The notes under the pieces were generated by a model. It saw only the letters and a list, made by a program, of their open reading frames with translations, made no database searches and was not told where the DNA came from. A stretch of 64,000 nucleotides of DNA, from the IMG/VR virus record IMGVR_UViG_3300036881_000016, positions 2,891 through 66,890 of that record; one strand, written 5' to 3'. A program made the translations under genes and the position numbers. This stretch comes from a virus. Shown here one piece after another: positions 59,701 to 64,000 of this stretch (positions within the stretch are counted from its first letter, which is position 1; each line of letters opens with the position of its first letter).

Positions 59701-60378
59701 TTAGCTCATATCAAGAATTGGGTTGATGAATATACGCCCCCTGACTGCGACGAGTGTCGCCGGCTCTTGATATATATTTGATGGCAACATGGGTGACGGA
59801 AACGTAACTTGCGCCATGTGGTCCCAAAGTATCGGCGTCCCGTAAGATTTCGTAGCCGGAAGGATCGTGTCACCTGGAAGCAAGCTGAACATAAACATGC
59901 TGATAATCTTTGTCACAGCTGCGCCGTTGGCGGTGGTGTACTGGTTCTGCAACGGAGTAACCATCGTGATAGTAAAAGTTCCAGGATTTATCGTCGCTAT
60001 TTGATTGACTTCACTCCCACTCGCGCTTGTGATATTCACGATGTCCCCAGGCGCGAAGTCGAGCGTGCGCCAGCCATCATTAGGGCGTGGGGCGAACCCG
60101 CTGACCTGAGCGACTTTGATACTTGGTTGACCGGCGTTTGCAGTAACCGTCACTAGACTGCTCGGCGCCGTATCCAACATTACGAGCATAGTTGAAGTAT
60201 CTTTCTTGATCTGGCTAATGCCATTAAAACTCGCCTTCCACGTTACCGAGCCGCCCGTTATATCTCGCGGCGTAACTCCATCCGGCATAACTGTATTGAC
60301 AAAGACGTTCAGTGATGCTTGCTCATCCATATGAATGTCCACGATCATGCCAGTTGCAACGATTGATCCATTTGTCAT
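59701..60378 (-). CDS. Structural protein, BppU-N-like fold with an inserted beta-module
   Basis: 'DGVTPRDITGGSVTW..[insert]..FSLLPGDT..RGRIFI.P'. Confidence 0.5.
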   Translation of the reverse strand: MTNGSIVATGMIVDIHMDEQASLNVFVNTVMPDGVTPRDITGGSVTWKASFNGISQIKKDTSTMLVMLDTAPSSLVTVTANAGQPSIKVAQVSGFAPRPNDGWRTLDFAPGDIVNITSASGSEVNQIATINPGTFTITMVTPLQNQYTTANGAAVTKIISMFMFSLLPGDTILPATKSYGTPILWDHMAQVTFPSPMLPSNIYQEPATLVAVRGRIFINPILDMS

Positions 60379-60382
60379 TATC

Positions 60383-60622
60383 TCACCCTAGAGTTATCGA
60401 GCTTTGTATTACCCCTGTAAGCACGCAGGATGGCCACGCCATAAATTCAAACGGGATAACTACCGGGTCATCATTACCGTAGGCTACATCCCCTGATTCG
60501 TCAACGAAGCGACCTCCCCGTGATAACGCGAATAGTCCGAACTCAGTGGTAAAGAAGTTACCGTTGCGATACGCAGTTAGCCCTTCATCGGTTATTATCA
60601 TTGAACGATCCGTGACATTCAC
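60383..60622 (-). CDS. Small protein with one TDEGL..FTTEFGL..SRGG.FVDESGDV module
   Basis: The module recurs twice in 60960-61745. Confidence 0.6.
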   Translation of the reverse strand: MNVTDRSMIITDEGLTAYRNGNFFTTEFGLFALSRGGRFVDESGDVAYGNDDPVVIPFEFMAWPSCVLTGVIQSSITLG

Positions 60623-60960
60623 GCCTCTTCGAGGATCGCTATGCCTCTAAACAGGCCGCGTTTATAGCCGCCAATAACAAACTCTGCAATATGCGTGTAT
60701 TCACCAGGAGCGAGGCCTACAGTTTCCCAACCTATTATTGTTATGACAATAGTCCCGTCGTCATTGATCTCTATGCCGCCATCTGCGCTAGTCTTTGTAA
60801 CAACGTCGCCAGAGCCCCCCTGCAGACGCCATTGAACGATGCCATTCGCCAGCGTAGTCTCGATCGTCGCTTTGGTGCTATCTGTATAAATCGTTGCGCC
60901 TATTTGTTTAAACTCCCCTATGGTGATTGGCGGGTCTATAATATCCTGATACCTTAACAT
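60619..60960 (-). CDS. BppU-N-like structural protein
   Basis: 'KTSADGGIEI..GTIVITI..ET.GL.PG.Y....LFRG'. Confidence 0.55.
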   Translation of the reverse strand: MLRYQDIIDPPITIGEFKQIGATIYTDSTKATIETTLANGIVQWRLQGGSGDVVTKTSADGGIEINDDGTIVITIIGWETVGLAPGEYTHIAEFVIGGYKRGLFRGIAILEEA

Positions 60961-61745
60961 TACTCTAAATCTCCATCAAGGTCTGTTTGATCTAATGTAG
61001 AACCTTCGAGCCATAAAGGAAAACCAATAATCGCCCAAGAAATTTGCGTGGCAAGTTCAACATCTGGAACAACCCCCTGCACGATGTGCATGCTAATCAA
61101 AGGCGCGAGAGCTTGTAGGAGTATGTCAGGAACTTTTGGAGTCACACCGACATCTACGTGTGGTTTCAACGCAGCTAACGTGACATTAGGAACAACCACT
61201 TGAGAAAAGGCGTGGCCTATTGCAGGTGGAATTGCTACTGAAGAGACGTTAGGAACGACCGTCTGGGTCGGCCCTACGTCTACCGACGGTTTGTTCGTCG
61301 CGTCGGTCACGTTCGGAACGACAGTCTGGATTGGCCCTACGTCCACCGAAGGTAGTATCGGCGCCGCTATTGCTACATCTGGTGTTGAAGGCACTACTCT
61401 AATGCCTACTGTTGGAGCGTCAGGGGCAAGTGACACATCTGGCACGACGGACTGAACTATCGTTACATCCCTACCGTACATCACGTCTCCCGATTCATCC
61501 ACGAACCGACCGCCCCGCGATAACGCCTGCAATCCAAACTCAGTAGTAAAATAGTTACTGTCGCGTACCGCGAGTAATCCTTCGTCGGTCACGGCAGTTT
61601 GAACGATGCGCCGGTCGCTGCCGTATGTTACATCTCCAGATTCATCGACGAACGGCCCTCCGCGTGATAACACGAGTAGTCCAAACTCAGTAGTAAAGAA
61701 GTTGCCATCACGTTTTGCGGTTAGCCCTTCGTCAGTTACTATCAT
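60960..61745 (-). CDS. Repeat protein: two ~42-aa modules + V/P-rich 'VVP(D/N)V' stalk repeats
   Basis: Internal repeats visible in the translation. Confidence 0.65.
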   Translation of the reverse strand: MIVTDEGLTAKRDGNFFTTEFGLLVLSRGGPFVDESGDVTYGSDRRIVQTAVTDEGLLAVRDSNYFTTEFGLQALSRGGRFVDESGDVMYGRDVTIVQSVVPDVSLAPDAPTVGIRVVPSTPDVAIAAPILPSVDVGPIQTVVPNVTDATNKPSVDVGPTQTVVPNVSSVAIPPAIGHAFSQVVVPNVTLAALKPHVDVGVTPKVPDILLQALAPLISMHIVQGVVPDVELATQISWAIIGFPLWLEGSTLDQTDLDGDLE

Positions 61746-61988
61746 GGGGATACTGGCACCAACGGTAAATAAGTCAAATTGTAATGCGCCATCGCGGCAT
61801 CAATCGTAGCGAAGTCGATGTACCCACCTAGAATTGTTATCGCGTTCGGCCCTACCGGAGTGTCTACCCAATTAATGATGTTTACTTGATACCATACTCC
61901 GGTTGAGTTGTTGACATAATCTCCGTTCGGATTAAGCACCATTTGATACAAATTATGACCTGACGCGGCAGTTTTATACATTTTACAC

Positions 61989-63374
61989 CTACGTTGTAGA
62001 GTTTACCGTCCATCCTAAGTTAGTTGCTATAGATTGTGTGCACGAACCCGCGCCTGTTGCGCCGGTTATCCGTATTACCTGCCCGCCCGAAACTGATGGG
62101 AGCGACGTGAATAGGACGTTAAGTTGGGCGGCAGTCATCGTTGTGTATGCTACGTCAATCTGCGGGGGTGTAGCGTAAAGGAACGTTGATGATGGGCTAA
62201 ACGTTAGGCTCTGTAATCTGTTCGGTTTGCCACTAGCTCCTGCTGCGTTTATCACGCTGAAAAGTGTGTTCGGGAACGACGGGTTGCGTAGTTGTTCGCA
62301 GCTTGTGAGCATTGAGTCTGCTTGCACGGGTGTTGCGCCTCCGAATACGCCACCCGTCACGCCACCAGTTAACGTTAGATTTGAGAGTGAGTAGCAGGCG
62401 TTGAACATGCCCGTCGCGTTGGTTAGGAGTGGCATTGGAGGGAGTGTGATTGATTGGAGTGAGTAGCAGTATTGAAACATGCTCGTCGCGGTGGTAAGTA
62501 GTGGCATTGGGGGGAGTGTGAGGGATTGGAGTGAGTAGCAGGCGTTGAACATGCCCGTCGCGTTGGTTAGGAGTGGCATTGGAGGGAGTGTGATTGATTG
62601 GAGCGAGGAGCAGTTTTGAAACATACTCGTCGCGTTGGTTAGGAGTGGCATGGGGGGGAGTGTGATTGATTGGAGCGAGGAGCAGCCGGAGAACATACTC
62701 GTCGCGGTGGTAAGTAGTGGCATTGGAGGGAGTGTGAGGGATTGGAGTGAGTAGCAGTATTGAAACATGCTCGTCGCGGTGGTAAGTAGTGGCATTGGGG
62801 GGAGTGTGATGGATTGTAAGGAATAGCCGTACATAAGTGACAGACCCGTCAGCGCCGCCCCGTAGGTGATAATGCACGATTGGAGTTGTAAGGGGTGCGG
62901 CCCGCCTGCTGTCGTGTACCAGATAATTGACGTAAGCGACGGCGTGTTAAATACCGCGCTTAAATAGCCGTGGTACTGAGGGTTTGTAGCGAGGTTGTGT
63001 GATTGGATGCTCCATGTTTTAAGGGCAATTCCCGCTTTAGATGAGGTGATGGTTATAACAAACGTCGTGTATCCCAATGAGCATGACTTGCCCGTTCCGA
63101 CTGCGTATGTGTGCTGCGCGGCCGTTCCGCTTGTATAACTTGCTATAATTCCGTCACCCCAGTTGACCTGATACGGTTGTCCTGAAACCGTTGTGGCTGA
63201 GAAAGCGTACGTAGCGAGTGACAGGTCATTCACAATAAACTGGATTCCACCTGCCGGGCATGTCATTATCGGCCAGTCAGCGGGCGGTTGCCAGTTGTTG
63301 TAGGTTCCGTAGCCAGTGCTAGGAATATTGGTGTATTGCGCTGCTGCTTTTTTACTGCGTGTTCCTAAGCCCAT
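61989..63374 (-). CDS. Leucine-rich-repeat (BspA/DUF285-like) fibre/adhesin with a PKD-like N-terminal domain
   Basis: 'VNWGDG..HTY' PKD-like motif; six 24-aa repeats; C-terminal cap ending 'GWTV'. Confidence 0.8.
   Translation of the reverse strand: MGLGTRSKKAAAQYTNIPSTGYGTYNNWQPPADWPIMTCPAGGIQFIVNDLSLATYAFSATTVSGQPYQVNWGDGIIASYTSGTAAQHTYAVGTGKSCSLGYTTFVITITSSKAGIALKTWSIQSHNLATNPQYHGYLSAVFNTPSLTSIIWYTTAGGPHPLQLQSCIITYGAALTGLSLMYGYSLQSITLPPMPLLTTATSMFQYCYSLQSLTLPPMPLLTTATSMFSGCSSLQSITLPPMPLLTNATSMFQNCSSLQSITLPPMPLLTNATGMFNACYSLQSLTLPPMPLLTTATSMFQYCYSLQSITLPPMPLLTNATGMFNACYSLSNLTLTGGVTGGVFGGATPVQADSMLTSCEQLRNPSFPNTLFSVINAAGASGKPNRLQSLTFSPSSTFLYATPPQIDVAYTTMTAAQLNVLFTSLPSVSGGQVIRITGATGAGSCTQSIATNLGWTVNSTT
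62391..62822 (-). repeat. Six tandem 72-bp units (SLQS[I/L]TLPPMPLLT[T/N]AT[S/G]MFxxC[Y/S])
   Basis: Near-identical DNA repeats visible directly. Confidence 0.92.
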
Positions 63375-63377
63375 AGT

Positions 63378-64000
63378 TTATCCTGTTATAGTCCAGCCTT
63401 TGCCTGCGGCGAGGCTGTGTAATGCGGTGCTTGAAATCGTGCTCGTTGAACCCGGAGATGATGATGCGGGTATAAGCAAAACAACTGACGTGTTCACGTT
63501 GACCGTTTGTATTGGGTTGCCATAGAATACTGTTCCACTTCCATCGCTTCCACCGAACGTTATTGGTGTCGCTGGAACTGCCTGCGTGGCGATTTGAAAT
63601 GTGTTAGCGGTTGTATTCAGCACGACATACGGCGTGTTCACCGAGAATCCTGTGGTTGTCGCTAGTGTCGGGAAGTAAACGAGTGTTCCGTTGGGGATTC
63701 CGTGAGCTGTGAGGTTAACTACGCTTGTCGCTTGCGTGAATGTGACAGACCGAGCCGTGTTGATGCCTGTGCCGGTCATCTCCATTCCAGCGACTAAGCC
63801 GGTCGTGCTTGCCATTGTAACCGCTGTTGAACCCAACGTCGGCGTTCCGTTCAGCGTGATAAGCGTCTCACCTGTGTCGCCTGTTATATTCACCGTCTTT
63901 GCTAGGTTGTTTGGAAGTGAGCTGAATATCGTGTTAATTTGTGCTGCCGTGAGTGTGCAATAGGATATGTCGAGTTGCGGAGGTGTTGCATAAGCGAACG
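63378..64000 (-). CDS. C-terminal part of a second LRR-cap fibre-like protein (start lies outside the window)
   Basis: The frame is open to the right edge: FAYATPPQLDISYCTLTAAQINTIFSSLP..ITG..GWTITG, paralogous to the C-terminal cap of 61989-63374. Confidence 0.75.
   Translation of the reverse strand, partial: FAYATPPQLDISYCTLTAAQINTIFSSLPNNLAKTVNITGDTGETLITLNGTPTLGSTAVTMASTTGLVAGMEMTGTGINTARSVTFTQATSVVNLTAHGIPNGTLVYFPTLATTTGFSVNTPYVVLNTTANTFQIATQAVPATPITFGGSDGSGTVFYGNPIQTVNVNTSVVLLIPASSSPGSTSTISSTALHSLAAGKGWTITG

Noticed and set aside
60383-62822. Diversity-generating retroelement suggested by the repeated segments
   Set aside because: No reverse transcriptase in the window; differences between copies are not adenine-specific and every copy lies in a coding frame.
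1-64000. Stop-codon reassignment (pyrrolysine, selenocysteine or recoded TAG/TGA)
   Set aside because: Large conserved genes are uninterrupted in the standard code, and TAG/TGA stops abut the next gene's start.
1-64000. Integrase, DNA polymerase, primase, contractile sheath or DNA methyltransferase
   Set aside because: No supporting motifs seen; such genes could lie outside the window.

Overview
The window is most of the genome of a tailed dsDNA virus (siphovirus-type Caudoviricetes). The host is very probably an archaeon, based on an HMf-like histone gene, TATA boxes 20-27 nt upstream of apparently leaderless genes, GGAGGTGA-type ribosome-binding sites and an Hjc/RecU-like resolvase. Minus-strand head module (10.7 kb to the left edge): TerS-like gene, a cluster of small basic proteins, intein-containing TerL, portal, an XkdF-type prohead protease carrying a uracil-DNA-glycosylase-like domain, scaffold, cement protein and the start of the major capsid protein. 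An AT-rich, largely non-coding divergent region lies at 10.7-12 kb. The plus-strand early/middle arm (12-39 kb) holds many micro-ORFs, Ku, an AAA+ ATPase, a ParB-ASCH fusion, about 8 HNH genes (one more on the minus strand at 13.3 kb), an SSB-like protein, the histone, the resolvase and two lectin-tailed enzymes. Minus-strand tail module (64 kb to 39.2 kb): LRR fibre-like proteins, tail completion, terminator and tube genes, a -1 frameshifting chaperone, tape measure, a heavily decorated Dit, hub, lectin and beta-helix fibres, and membrane/coiled-coil genes. Head and tail genes both run leftward off opposite ends, consistent with a circularly permuted genome. Best leads: (i) six intergenic copies of a 16-bp GTTTCC-N4-GGAAAC palindrome around a ParB-ASCH gene and an RHH/coiled-coil/amphipathic-helix gene, a candidate ParA-less partition system; (ii) a glycosidase-like domain I do not recognise, present in three copies; (iii) a three-copy leader RNA hairpin with a compensatory base change; (iv) an intein that starts with Thr; (v) the protease-UDG fusion; (vi) the histone plus protamine/H1-like proteins. 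All family assignments come from reading motifs by eye; no database search was run.
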